Shown here in pieces: positions 46,197 to 56,683 of a stretch of 64,000 nucleotides of DNA. The translations under genes were made by a program, and so were the position numbers. Each line of letters opens with the position of its first letter. Within the stretch, counting starts at the first letter, position 1. The notes below the pieces were generated by a model that saw nothing but the letters and a program-made list of their open reading frames with translations, ran no database searches and had not been told where the DNA came from. Source of the DNA: Eubacteriales bacterium (lineage in GTDB: Bacteria; Bacillota; Clostridia; Oscillospirales; UMGS1783); NCBI GenBank assembly GCA_045595395.1, contig JAZOAH010000008.1, forward strand, positions 27,857 to 91,856, read 5' to 3'.

Positions 46197-47054
46197 ATGT
46201 CCGGATATACATTTACTGTTCTCGGCGGTGATCTTCGCATGGCCTGGCTGGCTCAGTTGCTTGCCCATGATGGCTATATTGTAAAACTGTTCGGCCACGA
46301 AGAAAACGATTTTTCCTTTTCTGAAGAGATCATTCACTGCGCCGACATAGAAACGGCTCTTGCCCATTGCGATGTTTGTCTACTCGGCCTTCCCTGTACA
46401 CGTGACCAAAAAACGGTGGTTGCTCCCTTTTCTCAAAAAACAATCACGTTTTGTGATATCATGTCAAACACAACATCAGATCAAATGTTATTTGGCGGCA
46501 TGCTGCCGGATCTTCATGCCGATATTATAACCATTGATTATTCTATCGATGAGTCCTTTCTTTTGTCAAATACGGTACCAACCGCCGAAGGTGCGCTGCA
46601 ACTGCTGATGGAACATTCATCGGATACTGTCTTCGGCAGCAATATAGCCATTGTGGGCTATGGTCGTGTTGCTAAGCAGGCGGCTTGGATTCTTCGTGCT
46701 ATCGGTGCCCATGTCACGGTGTTTGCCCGTAGTCACACAGCCCGTACTCAAGCCGAAATCTTAGGTTATGATACACAGAATCTTTCGCATATCCTTCATT
46801 ATCACTCGCAGTACGATGCCGTTATCAATACCGTACCGAACATTCTGTTTACATCGGATAGCCTAAAGACAGCCAATGCTCACACCTGCTTTATGGAACT
46901 GGCCTCAGCGCCCGGTGGGTTTGATATGGATGCCATTTCTCAATACCGTCTCAACTATATTCCTGCCGGCGGCTTACCTGGCAAGGTTGCACCTCGAGCC
47001 GCCGCAAAATACATGAAAAACACCATCCTAAAACGATTGGAGGAGCTAACATGA
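46197..47054 (+). CDS. spoVFA: Dipicolinate synthase subunit A
   Basis: LGGDLR, NTVPTAEGA, GYGRV, ELASAPGG, GLPGKVAP. Confidence 0.93.
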   Translation: MSGYTFTVLGGDLRMAWLAQLLAHDGYIVKLFGHEENDFSFSEEIIHCADIETALAHCDVCLLGLPCTRDQKTVVAPFSQKTITFCDIMSNTTSDQMLFGGMLPDLHADIITIDYSIDESFLLSNTVPTAEGALQLLMEHSSDTVFGSNIAIVGYGRVAKQAAWILRAIGAHVTVFARSHTARTQAEILGYDTQNLSHILHYHSQYDAVINTVPNILFTSDSLKTANAHTCFMELASAPGGFDMDAISQYRLNYIPAGGLPGKVAPRAAAKYMKNTILKRLEELT

Positions 47055-47629
47055 ATGAGAACATCCGACACATTGGATTCGCCCTCTGCGGCTCTTTTTG
47101 CACCTTCTCGCAGGTCATTCCGCAAATACAAGCGCTTTGCGATCTCGGCCATGATGTTATACCCATCATGTCCTATCATGCGTACCGAACTGACACCCGA
47201 TTCGGCAAAGCTGCCGAGCATATTCAAAAAATAGAAACGATCACCGGCCACCCCGTTTTGCACACCATTGACCAGGTTGAGCCGATCGGTCCGAAGAAGA
47301 TGTTGGATATCCTGGTCGTTGCCCCCTGTACCGGCAATACGCTGGGAAAATTGGCCGCCGGTATTTATGATACGCCCGTCACCTTAGCCGTCAAGTCCCA
47401 TCTGCGCAACGCTCGACCTGTCGTCATTGCCGTATCCACCAACGACGGCCTCTCGGGCAGTGCACGGAATATCGGCTTTTTGCAAAACCTGAAACATGTG
47501 TACTTTGTCCCATATTCTCAGGACGATCCCATCAAAAAGCCCATGTCCTTGGTGGCTCACATGGATATGATCCCTCAAACCATAACACAAGCCTTACAAG
47601 GAAAACAGATCCAGCCAATGCTCGCCTAA
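47051..47629 (+). CDS. spoVFB: Dipicolinate synthase subunit B
   Basis: GFALCGSFCT, EPIGP, APCTGNTL, QDDPIKKP.SL. Confidence 0.95.
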   Translation: MNENIRHIGFALCGSFCTFSQVIPQIQALCDLGHDVIPIMSYHAYRTDTRFGKAAEHIQKIETITGHPVLHTIDQVEPIGPKKMLDILVVAPCTGNTLGKLAAGIYDTPVTLAVKSHLRNARPVVIAVSTNDGLSGSARNIGFLQNLKHVYFVPYSQDDPIKKPMSLVAHMDMIPQTITQALQGKQIQPMLA

Positions 47630-47706
47630 AGGCACCGCCACAGGCGGGCCTACATAATATGTTGAATTTTCATCAAACATCTGCTACAATAGCTACGGGT
47701 GATAAC

Positions 47707-48309
47707 ATGATCAACAGTACACGTGCCATCTTTTATGAGCGTCAGAAAAAATTTAATATTGTGGAAAAACTGGCCAATCGGCTGCCGGCAGCTAAAAAAT
47801 TACCGAAAGAGCATCTGTATCATGGGCAACGCCGGGCGGCCGACCTGCTTTTGAAAAAGGGACAGGTTGTCATGGCCTGCGTCGCCGAAGCCGATCCGGC
47901 GCTGATGCAACCCGGCAAAAGCATCTGCGAAGCCTCCGTCGTCTACAGCATTGATGAGATCTTTGATGAAATGCCCTCGCTGCTGGCTCATGTTGCCATT
48001 ACCGTAACTTCCATTCGGGAAAACCCCGATCTCGGCACCGAATACACGCTCCTGGTCGATTGTATGGATGCTAAAACCAACTATCGACTCAGCCTTCCCG
48101 TCCCTAAGGACATTAGTTACGACAAAGATGTTTTTCTCACCACACTCTACGTCAATCCCGCCCATCTCCCCTTACCGATGCTCTATCGCGGATTTTTCCC
48201 CATCCTGATCTGCCCGGAACAAACACCCTACGCCATGGTCCTCCCGGCCCATTACTGGTCCGAGGAAATGAAAGCAGCCTGGCTGGAAGAACGAGATCAT
48301 AACGCATAA
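47707..48309 (+). CDS. Hypothetical protein
   Basis: 200-aa ORF with its own TTGAAT-N17-TACAAT promoter (47662-47690) and a downstream terminator; no family recognised. Confidence 0.7.
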   Translation: MINSTRAIFYERQKKFNIVEKLANRLPAAKKLPKEHLYHGQRRAADLLLKKGQVVMACVAEADPALMQPGKSICEASVVYSIDEIFDEMPSLLAHVAITVTSIRENPDLGTEYTLLVDCMDAKTNYRLSLPVPKDISYDKDVFLTTLYVNPAHLPLPMLYRGFFPILICPEQTPYAMVLPAHYWSEEMKAAWLEERDHNA

Positions 48310-48339
48310 AAACCGGAAGGCAAAAGCCTTCCGGTTTTT
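48308..48339. terminator. Bidirectional terminator
   Basis: AAAAACCGGAAGGC-aaaa-GCCTTCCGGTTTTT. Confidence 0.88.
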
Positions 48340-48341
48340 CT

Positions 48342-49190
48342 TTATTTGTTTTGCAACTGAGCGGCACGCAAGGTGTTTTCCAACAGCGTCGTGATGGTCA
48401 TCGGACCAACACCGCCGGGCACCGGTGTAATATACGACGCCTTTGCCTCAACGTTCGCAAAATCCACATCGCCGCACAACTTACCGTTTTGATCACGGTT
48501 GATGCCGACATCAATGACCACCGCTCCATCCTTTACCATATCAGCCGTAACAAATTTTGCACGCCCTACTGCAGCAATCAAGATATCAGCCTGCCGAGTG
48601 ATCTGTGCCAAATCCTTGGTGCGGGAATGACAAATGCTGACCGTGGCATGGCGGTGTAGCATCAGCATGGCCTGCGGCTTGCCAACGATATTGCTTCTTC
48701 CGATGATCACGCAATGCTTGCCGGCGATCTCGATCCCGCTTCTATCCAAAAGCGTCATAACACCAGCCGGCGTACAGGGCAGAAAATCGAAATCACCGAT
48801 CATGATCTTGCCCACATTAGCCGGATGAAAAGCATCCACATCCTTACGAGGATCAATCGCATGGATCACAGCCGTTTCGTCAATATGCTTGGGTAACGGC
48901 AACTGCACCAGAATGCCGTTAACTCGCTCATCCTTATTTAACTGCTCTACCAGTTCCAATAATTGCTCTTGTGTGGTTTCCTCCGGCAGCGCATATTGAA
49001 AAGACTCAATACCGACATCCGTGCATGCCTTATGTTTATTGGCGACATACACCTTGGATGCGCTGTCTTCACCAACGATAATAACCGCCAGCCCAGTCGA
49101 AACACCACTCTCTTGCAGCTGCTGCACCTTTATACGAATATCCGCACGACAGGATGCCGCTATCGCTTTGCCGTCAATGATCTGCGCCAT
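48342..49190 (-). CDS. folD: Methylenetetrahydrofolate dehydrogenase/cyclohydrolase
   Basis: GILVQLPLP, KDVDAFHP, GRSNIVGKP, TPVPGGVGPMT. Confidence 0.97.
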   Translation of the reverse strand: MAQIIDGKAIAASCRADIRIKVQQLQESGVSTGLAVIIVGEDSASKVYVANKHKACTDVGIESFQYALPEETTQEQLLELVEQLNKDERVNGILVQLPLPKHIDETAVIHAIDPRKDVDAFHPANVGKIMIGDFDFLPCTPAGVMTLLDRSGIEIAGKHCVIIGRSNIVGKPQAMLMLHRHATVSICHSRTKDLAQITRQADILIAAVGRAKFVTADMVKDGAVVIDVGINRDQNGKLCGDVDFANVEAKASYITPVPGGVGPMTITTLLENTLRAAQLQNK

Positions 49191-50127
49191 CTTGCTTTTC
49201 CTCCGTCATCGTCTCTTCTGCCTGAGCCTCCTCTTGCGGGAGCTCATACATCGGCGTATAGTCTTGATCGGCTGCCGCCTGATTGCGCTCCTTGCGTGAT
49301 GTGCGAGGCACATATTCAAAACTGACAGCGCCTACCTTTTTCACTTCAATAAACTTAACAATCAACACAAACGCACAGATGACAAAGACGGTAAAGGCAA
49401 CCAATTGATGAATCGGCAGAGAACCAAGCGTTTCAATATACTTGGTGTCACGCAAGCCTTCCATCCAGCCACGTCCAAGCCCATACCAACCCATATAGAT
49501 CAGCGCGATCTGACCCGGGAATTTGCGATACTTTTTCGAAATGATATGCAATGCAATAAAGCCGATCAGATTCCACAAGATCTCATACAAGAACAGCGGA
49601 TGCACCGTTTTATTGCCGATCTGCATACCCCACGGTAACGAGGTGGCCACACCGTAAACTTCACGGTTGATGAAATTACCCCAGCGCCCCACGATCTGAC
49701 CGATCATAAAGCCCATCGCCACAAGATCTAACACATTACCCAAGCGCAACTTCTTAAATCGACAGAAGAAAATTATAAATATCCCAACAAAGAAAATGCC
49801 GCCGTAGATGGCCAATCCACCTTCCCGAATGGCAAAAATATCGGCAAATTTCGTAATCTCACCCGCCGGAGCAAAGGCACAATACCACAGACGAGCCCCA
49901 ACAATGCCGATCGGAACACCAAAGATCAGGCCATCAAGCAGGTCATTATTGGTGATATAAAACTGCTTGGCACGACGGCTGCAGTATATGTACGCCAGCA
50001 CGACACCGGCGCAAATAAATACTGCATAAAAGAAGATATTAAAACCAAAAACCGTAAAATAATTAGGGAAATCAAACTCCCAGCCCAAGCGTGGAAATGC
50101 AATGGGCGAATCGCCTACATTGATCAT
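49174..50127 (-). CDS. lgt: Prolipoprotein diacylglyceryl transferase
   Basis: GGLAIYGG, GRWGNFINREVYG, HPLFLYE. Confidence 0.95.
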   Translation of the reverse strand: MINVGDSPIAFPRLGWEFDFPNYFTVFGFNIFFYAVFICAGVVLAYIYCSRRAKQFYITNNDLLDGLIFGVPIGIVGARLWYCAFAPAGEITKFADIFAIREGGLAIYGGIFFVGIFIIFFCRFKKLRLGNVLDLVAMGFMIGQIVGRWGNFINREVYGVATSLPWGMQIGNKTVHPLFLYEILWNLIGFIALHIISKKYRKFPGQIALIYMGWYGLGRGWMEGLRDTKYIETLGSLPIHQLVAFTVFVICAFVLIVKFIEVKKVGAVSFEYVPRTSRKERNQAAADQDYTPMYELPQEEAQAEETMTEEKQDGADH

Positions 50128-50146
50128 AAATAAAACCTCCTTTATT

Positions 50147-51418
50147 TTAAGCCGGTAAAATAATAGACAAAGCGCAATGGTCCTGCGTAAAGTGTGTTGC
50201 AAGCCACCGTTCACAATCCTGCATCGTCACCGATTGGTAGATGTTCATATACTCCGCAAAATCCACACCAAGAAAATCAAGATCCATAAAGGTCATTGCC
50301 GTGTTTTCAACACTATTGAGTTTTTGCATGTTCCGACCGTATATCTTATTTTTCGCCCGCCGAAAACTGTCGGCGTCCATGCCCTGTTTCTTTGCCTGAT
50401 CCAGAGTAGTCCTTACCTGCTCTAAAATGGCGTCCGGATCCTCCGCTTCGCCACCGATCAGACTGGCGCCAAAACCGTAACCGCCATAATACGCCGCTGA
50501 AAAATCATGATTGATCACACCGGCCTGATACAGATCGCCATAAAAATCACTGGAATGTCCAAAGAGCATATCCAGCACGATTTCCGACATAGCCTCTTTT
50601 TTCACCGCCTGAGCACCCACGGACGCCTCCGGATCTTTAAAACCAATCAAAAACTGCGGCTTGGCAACTGCTCGCTTTTCTACCACACGCTTAGCCTTGA
50701 CGGCATCGGGCTCATCTGTCAGCTTCCGCTTGACCGGAGACACCGGTCTATGCTCTAAATATCGCTCACACAACAACTGCACCTTGATAGGATCGACATC
50801 ACCGCACACAACGATTCCCATATTGGACGGATTGTAAAAGGTATTGTAGCAAGCGTAGAGCATCTCCGGCGTAATCCGTGCAATCGATTCGACCGTTCCC
50901 GCCGTATCAATACGAGCCGGATTGTTATGAAACATGGACTGCATGACATTCATCACGACCCGCCAATCCGGATCATCGTCATACATTTTGATCTCCTGCC
51001 CTATGATCCCTTGCTCCTTAGCCACCGTTTCCTCGGTAAAATAAGGATGCGCCACAAAATCAAGCAATATCTCAAACGATTCCTCAAACCGCTCAGTACA
51101 GGAGAACAAATACACCGTTTTATCCGAACTGGTAAAGGCATTGGCATTGGCGCCGGTACGTGAATATCGCGTAAATGCGTCTTCCTTCTCCCCCTCAAAC
51201 AATTTATGCTCCAAAAAATGAGCCGTGCCGTCAGGAATAGCAAAAGAAGCTGCGCCGTCAATCGGATCACATACCGTATCCATCGACCCGTAATTGGTGC
51301 CGAACATCGCATAGATCTTTGAATGTCCAGGCTTTGAGATGACCGTGACCGGATAACCCGACTTAGTCGTAAATCGATAATATGTCTCGCCGGAGAGTCC
51401 ACAGTTATATTTGGTCAT
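50147..51418 (-). CDS. M16 family zinc peptidase (YmfH-like)
   Basis: GTAHFLEHKLFE (HxxEH), NAFTS, KEQGIIGQEIKMYDD. Confidence 0.92.
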   Translation of the reverse strand: MTKYNCGLSGETYYRFTTKSGYPVTVISKPGHSKIYAMFGTNYGSMDTVCDPIDGAASFAIPDGTAHFLEHKLFEGEKEDAFTRYSRTGANANAFTSSDKTVYLFSCTERFEESFEILLDFVAHPYFTEETVAKEQGIIGQEIKMYDDDPDWRVVMNVMQSMFHNNPARIDTAGTVESIARITPEMLYACYNTFYNPSNMGIVVCGDVDPIKVQLLCERYLEHRPVSPVKRKLTDEPDAVKAKRVVEKRAVAKPQFLIGFKDPEASVGAQAVKKEAMSEIVLDMLFGHSSDFYGDLYQAGVINHDFSAAYYGGYGFGASLIGGEAEDPDAILEQVRTTLDQAKKQGMDADSFRRAKNKIYGRNMQKLNSVENTAMTFMDLDFLGVDFAEYMNIYQSVTMQDCERWLATHFTQDHCALSIILPA

Positions 51419-52661
51419 GACTTTCCCCTCCCTTGAGCACATATACCGTTACAAGACGCACCGTCTTGGCAACTGCCTGAACATCGGCCGCCTCTAATTT
51501 CTCAAGCTGCGCCAATACCGACTCTACGTCAGCATCCTTTCCTAACAACGTCTGTGATATAGCATAATCTTCAATCTGCCCCATCGAATCAGCCATCGAC
51601 CGCAGACTGTTTACATACGCTTTCTTAGCCGCCGTCAGATCCGCTTGCGTAAAGCGACCCTGCTTTACGGCATCCAACTGAGCCAAAATCTCAGCCTTTG
51701 CCGCCTCGATCTTCTCGGGCATCACGCCCGAATAGACGGTCATCATATTCTTATGTTTCTCAGCCGTTGCCGTGCAGTAATAGCACAATGAAAGCTTTTC
51801 ACGCACGTTCATAAACAACAGCGAACTCGGGCTGGCGCCAAACAGAATCACAAACAGCCGCTGCGCAACCTCGTCAACCTCTCTATCAAAACAGAAACCC
51901 ATCGACAGTTTTGCCTGCTCAACCGGATAGTTTTCTTCATATTCGCGTACCGGCCCGACCGGGATCCATGCCGTCGTCAAGACCGTCTGCTCCCGCTGTT
52001 GGTCAAACATTGGGGCAAAAACCTCGGAAATCTGTTTGGCATCCATCCGTCCGAATCCATAGATCTCCACAACAGCTCGCCGCATATAATCACAGTAAAA
52101 CTCATACAAGGAGGCCGCATCAATTTGCTCAACAATATCTTTATCGCCGCATTCATAGACCTCGTAAGGCTGACCCTGCGCCGTCAATTCGCCGCAACGG
52201 CGTAAGGCATACAGTCGTTTATCATTAATGCGCCCGTCGATCATATCGCACAGATTTTTCTTCTCACGCATCACGGCCGATGCTGAGAAAACACCTTCTA
52301 CCAACAGCGGCTCAAATACTATCTTTCGCAACAGTTCCATTGCCCGTTCGGCGATATCCTTTTCCGGTACAAAAGCCGGATCCAAAAATTCAAAACAGAA
52401 AGTCATCAGATGACTGTCGCCCTTCTTGCGCAACATCACATTCAACTGGGCGCCATATAACTCATCTAATGCCCTTGCCAAGGAAATAACATTAGGATAT
52501 GCCGCACATCCGGTCTTAAGCACCATAGACAGCAGCGTCGCATAGGACGCCGTGCGTGCATCCAACGGCATAATGAAGCTGATGGCCACCTGATCGGTCT
52601 TAAATTTATCCATGGGCAGCATGTTCAAATGAACCGCCGGAGCCAGTTGTTCTCGTATCAT
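51405..52661 (-). CDS. M16 family non-catalytic partner (YmfF-like)
   Basis: KFKT, S.LFMNVREKLSLCYY; lacks HxxEH; paired with the YmfH-like gene. Confidence 0.88.
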   Translation of the reverse strand: MIREQLAPAVHLNMLPMDKFKTDQVAISFIMPLDARTASYATLLSMVLKTGCAAYPNVISLARALDELYGAQLNVMLRKKGDSHLMTFCFEFLDPAFVPEKDIAERAMELLRKIVFEPLLVEGVFSASAVMREKKNLCDMIDGRINDKRLYALRRCGELTAQGQPYEVYECGDKDIVEQIDAASLYEFYCDYMRRAVVEIYGFGRMDAKQISEVFAPMFDQQREQTVLTTAWIPVGPVREYEENYPVEQAKLSMGFCFDREVDEVAQRLFVILFGASPSSLLFMNVREKLSLCYYCTATAEKHKNMMTVYSGVMPEKIEAAKAEILAQLDAVKQGRFTQADLTAAKKAYVNSLRSMADSMGQIEDYAISQTLLGKDADVESVLAQLEKLEAADVQAVAKTVRLVTVYVLKGGESHDQI

Positions 52662-52761
52662 GGTATCCTCCGCATTGTTATATCTATTATTTTATCCGCA
52701 AACAGCTTAAAAGTCAATTATATCAGCAGATTCTCTCTTATCTTTCCATAAAAAATCATCC

Positions 52762-53619
52762 TTATCGGTCGGTCAAAAAGCCGTAGCCTGATATTTCTGA
52801 TGTGCTGGACGCAATGAAAAAGGCCTTTGGGTCAGCCTCAAAAACGATCTTTCTCAATCGTGTCAACTCATAAGCATAGACCACGCACAAAATAATGTCC
52901 CGATCCTTTCGGCAATAACTGCCTCTGCCGTATAAGACCGTTGCGCCTCGTCCCAATTTCTTCAGTATCTGCAGTTCGATCTGTTCGCTTTGGGCTGAAA
53001 TAATAAAGCATATCGTTCCCTTTTCGGTATGCGATAAGATGTAGTCGATCGTTTCTGACGCCGTAAAAACCAAGATCAGAGAATACAGCGCCCCGGGTAT
53101 ATCCCGATGGACAAAAATTGTGCCGATGAGTAAGATCAATCCATCGACAAACAAAAGAATCTTCCCCATCTTCCATCGCGGATTGCCAAGCCGAATCAAG
53201 TGTGAAAGAAGATCACTGCCGCCGGTCGTGATCCCCCTTTGAAAAATAATTGCCATCCCAATACCGGAAGCCAGACCGCCGAAAAGGCAGGCCAGGATCC
53301 GATCATTGGTCACCGCCGGCAGAAAGGCAAAAGCATCAACGGCAATGCCGGACATGACAGTGGCAATAATCGTCTTAATCAAAAAATGATGCCCCAGCCG
53401 CCGTATACTCATGATAAATAATGGTAGATTGATCAGCACGATGCCAAGCCCAACAGACAGCCCCGTCAGTTCATTTAAGATAATACCTAATCCGGTAGCG
53501 CCTCCGGGAATCAAATCGCATGGAACAAGAAAAACATTAACCGAGATTCCGTATATGATGCAGCCAACAGCAATGGATAAGGCATCCATCACATATTCCT
53601 TGACCTGTTTTTTTTGCAT
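52762..53619 (-). CDS. YitT family membrane protein
   Basis: PGGATGL, NLPLF, TTGGSD, GRGAT...G.G.Y, DPKAF. Confidence 0.9.
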   Translation of the reverse strand: MQKKQVKEYVMDALSIAVGCIIYGISVNVFLVPCDLIPGGATGLGIILNELTGLSVGLGIVLINLPLFIMSIRRLGHHFLIKTIIATVMSGIAVDAFAFLPAVTNDRILACLFGGLASGIGMAIIFQRGITTGGSDLLSHLIRLGNPRWKMGKILLFVDGLILLIGTIFVHRDIPGALYSLILVFTASETIDYILSHTEKGTICFIISAQSEQIELQILKKLGRGATVLYGRGSYCRKDRDIILCVVYAYELTRLRKIVFEADPKAFFIASSTSEISGYGFLTDR

Positions 53620-53681
53620 ATGATCACCCGTATCAGTATCGGCAACATTTACTAGAATATACAAAAAGACAGATGATCCAA

Positions 53682-54071
53682 TCATCTGTCCTTTTGCTCT
53701 GAAAGATATTCAAATATCGGCTCAAATAACTCCTGCAAGCGCTGCTGCCGCCCCATTAAGTCCAAATAACCAAAAACGGCTTCCAGTGCAGTCGCACGGT
53801 GATAATCGCCCATATCGGCATGGTGCGGTGTATGCGCCGGATTGGCGTTGCGTGCCCGCATAAAAATCGATTCCTCGTCCTGTTCCAGCATCGGGATCAG
53901 TACCTCGCAGGCTTTACTTTGCCGTGTAGCACTGACATAGTTCATGGCAAGCCGATGCATCTGTCCTGCCGGCAGTGCTGCTTGCGAAATCAGCGCACGG
54001 CGCACCATCAGTTCATACACGGCATCACCTTGATAAGCAAGGGTCAGTACATTCACCAAAAACGGATCCAT
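53682..54071 (-). CDS. mrnC: Mini-ribonuclease III
   Basis: LAYQGDAVYEL, YVSA..Q, RARN, Y.RATALEAVFGYL. Confidence 0.9.
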   Translation of the reverse strand: MDPFLVNVLTLAYQGDAVYELMVRRALISQAALPAGQMHRLAMNYVSATRQSKACEVLIPMLEQDEESIFMRARNANPAHTPHHADMGDYHRATALEAVFGYLDLMGRQQRLQELFEPIFEYLSEQKDR

Positions 54072-54080
54072 ACCTATACC

Positions 54081-54686
54081 TCAATCAATACTGCGACGGC
54101 CCTCAAAGGCACGAAGCAGCGTAACCTCATCGGCATAGCGCAGGTCACCGCCGACTGGAATACCGTAGGCGATGCGAGTAACCTTAACATCCAACACCTT
54201 GAGCAGTTTATTGATATAGGTTGCCGTCATTTCCCCTTCGATGGTGGGGTTGGTGGCCAAAATAATCTCCTTGACATCATCAGCGCCGGCACGAGTGATC
54301 AATTCCTTGATCTTCAACTGTTCCGGACCGACTCCATCCATCGGCGAAATAACACCATGCAGCACATGATATAATCCTTTATAATCACGGATACGTTCAA
54401 AGGAAACAATGTCCTGCGGCTGCTCTACCACACAAATGCGAGAGTGATCTCGGCGCTCATCAGCACAGATCTCACACATATCCTCCTGTCCCGTCAAGCC
54501 AAAGCAGATCGGACAGGTCGAGGTGTGCTCCTTGGCATAGAGAAGTGCGCCGGCAAAGGCCTGCACCTCTTCCTTGGACATTTCAATCACCTCATATGCC
54601 AAGCGCTGTGCCGTTTTGGCACCAATGCCGGATAACTTGCGGAACTGCTCCGCTAAATTCTGCACCGGAGTATGAAAGGCACTCAT
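54081..54686 (-). CDS. recR: Recombination protein RecR
   Basis: GIGAKTAQRLA, C4 zinc finger, YHVLHG, ATNPTIEGE. Confidence 0.97.
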   Translation of the reverse strand: MSAFHTPVQNLAEQFRKLSGIGAKTAQRLAYEVIEMSKEEVQAFAGALLYAKEHTSTCPICFGLTGQEDMCEICADERRDHSRICVVEQPQDIVSFERIRDYKGLYHVLHGVISPMDGVGPEQLKIKELITRAGADDVKEIILATNPTIEGEMTATYINKLLKVLDVKVTRIAYGIPVGGDLRYADEVTLLRAFEGRRSID

Positions 54687-54700
54687 TTACATTCTCCCAC

Positions 54701-55048
54701 TTAAAACATTCCGGGAAGACCCATACCGCTCAAACTGCCGGTGATCTGACCGAGTTCTTCCTCCGAAGCCTTGTCGATAGCCTCCATGACCTCATTAACA
54801 GCGGCACAAACCAAATCTTCCAGTGTTTCAGCATCGTCGGCATCAATAACATCCGGATCGATCTTGACCGACTGGATACGATGAGTACCCAGGGCAGTCA
54901 CGGTAACAGCACCGCCACCGGACGATGCGCTGTATTCTCTTTCGGCAAGCTCAACCTGCTTAGCCTCCATCTCCTCCTGCATTCTCTTGAGTTTGTTGAG
55001 GGAACTGAGGCTGGGGCCGCCGGCATCCTTAGGAATTCTGACTTTCAT
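54701..55048 (-). CDS. YbaB/EbfC nucleoid-associated protein
   Basis: SGGGAVTV, LEDLV.AAVNE; between dnaX and recR. Confidence 0.93.
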   Translation of the reverse strand: MKVRIPKDAGGPSLSSLNKLKRMQEEMEAKQVELAEREYSASSGGGAVTVTALGTHRIQSVKIDPDVIDADDAETLEDLVCAAVNEVMEAIDKASEEELGQITGSLSGMGLPGMF

Positions 55049-55060
55049 AAATCGCTCTCC

Positions 55061-56518
55061 TTATAGTGAAAAAGTATCGTGTGTTTCATTTGTTTGATCC
55101 GGCATGCCCTTGGGTGACACGACATGGATCACACAATTTTCCAGTCCGATGGCAGCACAGGCGTCTCGCAGATGCTTTTGCGTTTCGGGGCGGGACGCCA
55201 TATCATATTCCGATTTGGCCGTAGCATATAAAAACAACTGACCGTTTTCATATTTGCCGTTTTGCGGAATGCAAAAACGAATGTTAGGCATCTTGATCTG
55301 AGCCAATATTTTCTTGTATACATCACCGTCAACCGACAATTTCGGCTCCGGTTGCTTGACCGGTTCGGACTTAGGCTCCTCAATTGGGACGGGAGCAGGC
55401 GCAGGCTTAACCGGTGCCGCCACTGGCACCGTTACCGGCGCATCAACAGGGCGACACAAACGCAAAATGCACATTTGCGCCACAGTCAAATTGCCGCTGT
55501 TTTTGGTTGCTCCGGCCATAGCTTCGGTCAATCGGTCAATACAATAGAAAATATAATCCTGCTGCAAATGTTGCGACAGTTCGGCAAAGGCCTTCTTCTC
55601 ATCCTGGCTGCGTCGCACACAATCCTGTGCACCCATACGCAGCAGCAACAGATCACGGTAGCAGCCAATCAACTCACCCAATAGGGTGTCCATACGTTTG
55701 GATGTAGCATAGAAGCCATCTAAAATTGAAATTGCTTTTGCAATATCCTGATCAGCGCAGGCACGGATCAATGCCAGCATTTCCTCTGCACCGGCAATAC
55801 CAACTGTTTCCAAGACTGTCTGGCGGGTAACGGTACCGGCCGTCTGACACTGCTCTAAGATCGACAACGCATCACGCATCGCACCATCTGCTAACAAGGC
55901 GATCATCTCTGCCGCCGGCCCATCCAGTGTAATGCTCTCCTGCTTTGCAACTTGTTCCAGCCTGGCCATAATGACCGAAACCGGCAAGCGTTTGAAATCA
56001 AAGCGCTGGCAACGTGATAAAATAGTTGCCGGAATCTTTTGCGCCTCGGTAGTAGCCAAAATAAACACGACATACTCGGGCGGCTCCTCCAAGGTCTTCA
56101 GCAGAGCATTGAAGGCATTGTTGGTCATCATCTGGACCTCGTCGATGATATAGACCTTGCGCTTACCGATCGAGGGGGCATAGACGACTTCTTCTATGAT
56201 TGAACGAATATCCTCGACACGGCTTTTGCTGGCTGCGTCGATCTCCACAACATCATATAAACTTTCCTGTTCAAACAGGCGGCAGTTCTCGCACTGCCCG
56301 CACGGCTCTCCATCCTGCGGGGACAGGCAATTGACAGCCTTGGCCAATATCTTGGCACAGGTCGTCTTCCCGGTGCCGCGCGTGCCGGTAAAGAGATAGG
56401 CGTGGCCAATCTTTTCCTGTTTGATCTGATTTTTCAGGGTAACGGTAACATGATCCTGCCCATAGACATCTTCAAATTTTGCAGGACGCCATTTTCTGTA
56501 CAGGGCCTGATATTCCAA
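55061..56518 (-). CDS. dnaX: DNA polymerase III gamma/tau
   Basis: YQALYRKWRP, GTRGTGKT, IIDEV, NALLKTLEEPP, SRCQRFDF. Confidence 0.97.
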   Translation of the reverse strand: MEYQALYRKWRPAKFEDVYGQDHVTVTLKNQIKQEKIGHAYLFTGTRGTGKTTCAKILAKAVNCLSPQDGEPCGQCENCRLFEQESLYDVVEIDAASKSRVEDIRSIIEEVVYAPSIGKRKVYIIDEVQMMTNNAFNALLKTLEEPPEYVVFILATTEAQKIPATILSRCQRFDFKRLPVSVIMARLEQVAKQESITLDGPAAEMIALLADGAMRDALSILEQCQTAGTVTRQTVLETVGIAGAEEMLALIRACADQDIAKAISILDGFYATSKRMDTLLGELIGCYRDLLLLRMGAQDCVRRSQDEKKAFAELSQHLQQDYIFYCIDRLTEAMAGATKNSGNLTVAQMCILRLCRPVDAPVTVPVAAPVKPAPAPVPIEEPKSEPVKQPEPKLSVDGDVYKKILAQIKMPNIRFCIPQNGKYENGQLFLYATAKSEYDMASRPETQKHLRDACAAIGLENCVIHVVSPKGMPDQTNETHDTFSL

Positions 56519-56543
56519 ATCGTCACCACCTAAAATTAAATAG

Positions 56544-56647
56544 AATGAGACAGGGTACCTACTGCACCCGGAACGAACTGCTTAATGCTGCTCGGTTCCC
56601 CGCCTGACATGGTTCACAGACATCCGCCGCGTAGGACCTGTCTCATT
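56544..56647 (-). ncRNA. ffs: Signal recognition particle RNA (short form)
   Basis: GTCAGGCGG-GGAA-CCGAGCAGC domain IV motif, terminal 11-bp stem AATGAGACAGG/CCTGTCTCATT; upstream of dnaX. Confidence 0.92.
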
Positions 56648-56651
56648 TAGT

Positions 56652-56680
56652 ATTATACAATATATCCTATCCGATTTCAA
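56652..56680 (-). promoter_or_regulatory. Sigma-A promoter of SRP RNA
   Basis: TTGAAA-N17-TATAAT. Confidence 0.8.
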
Positions 56681-56683
56681 GCC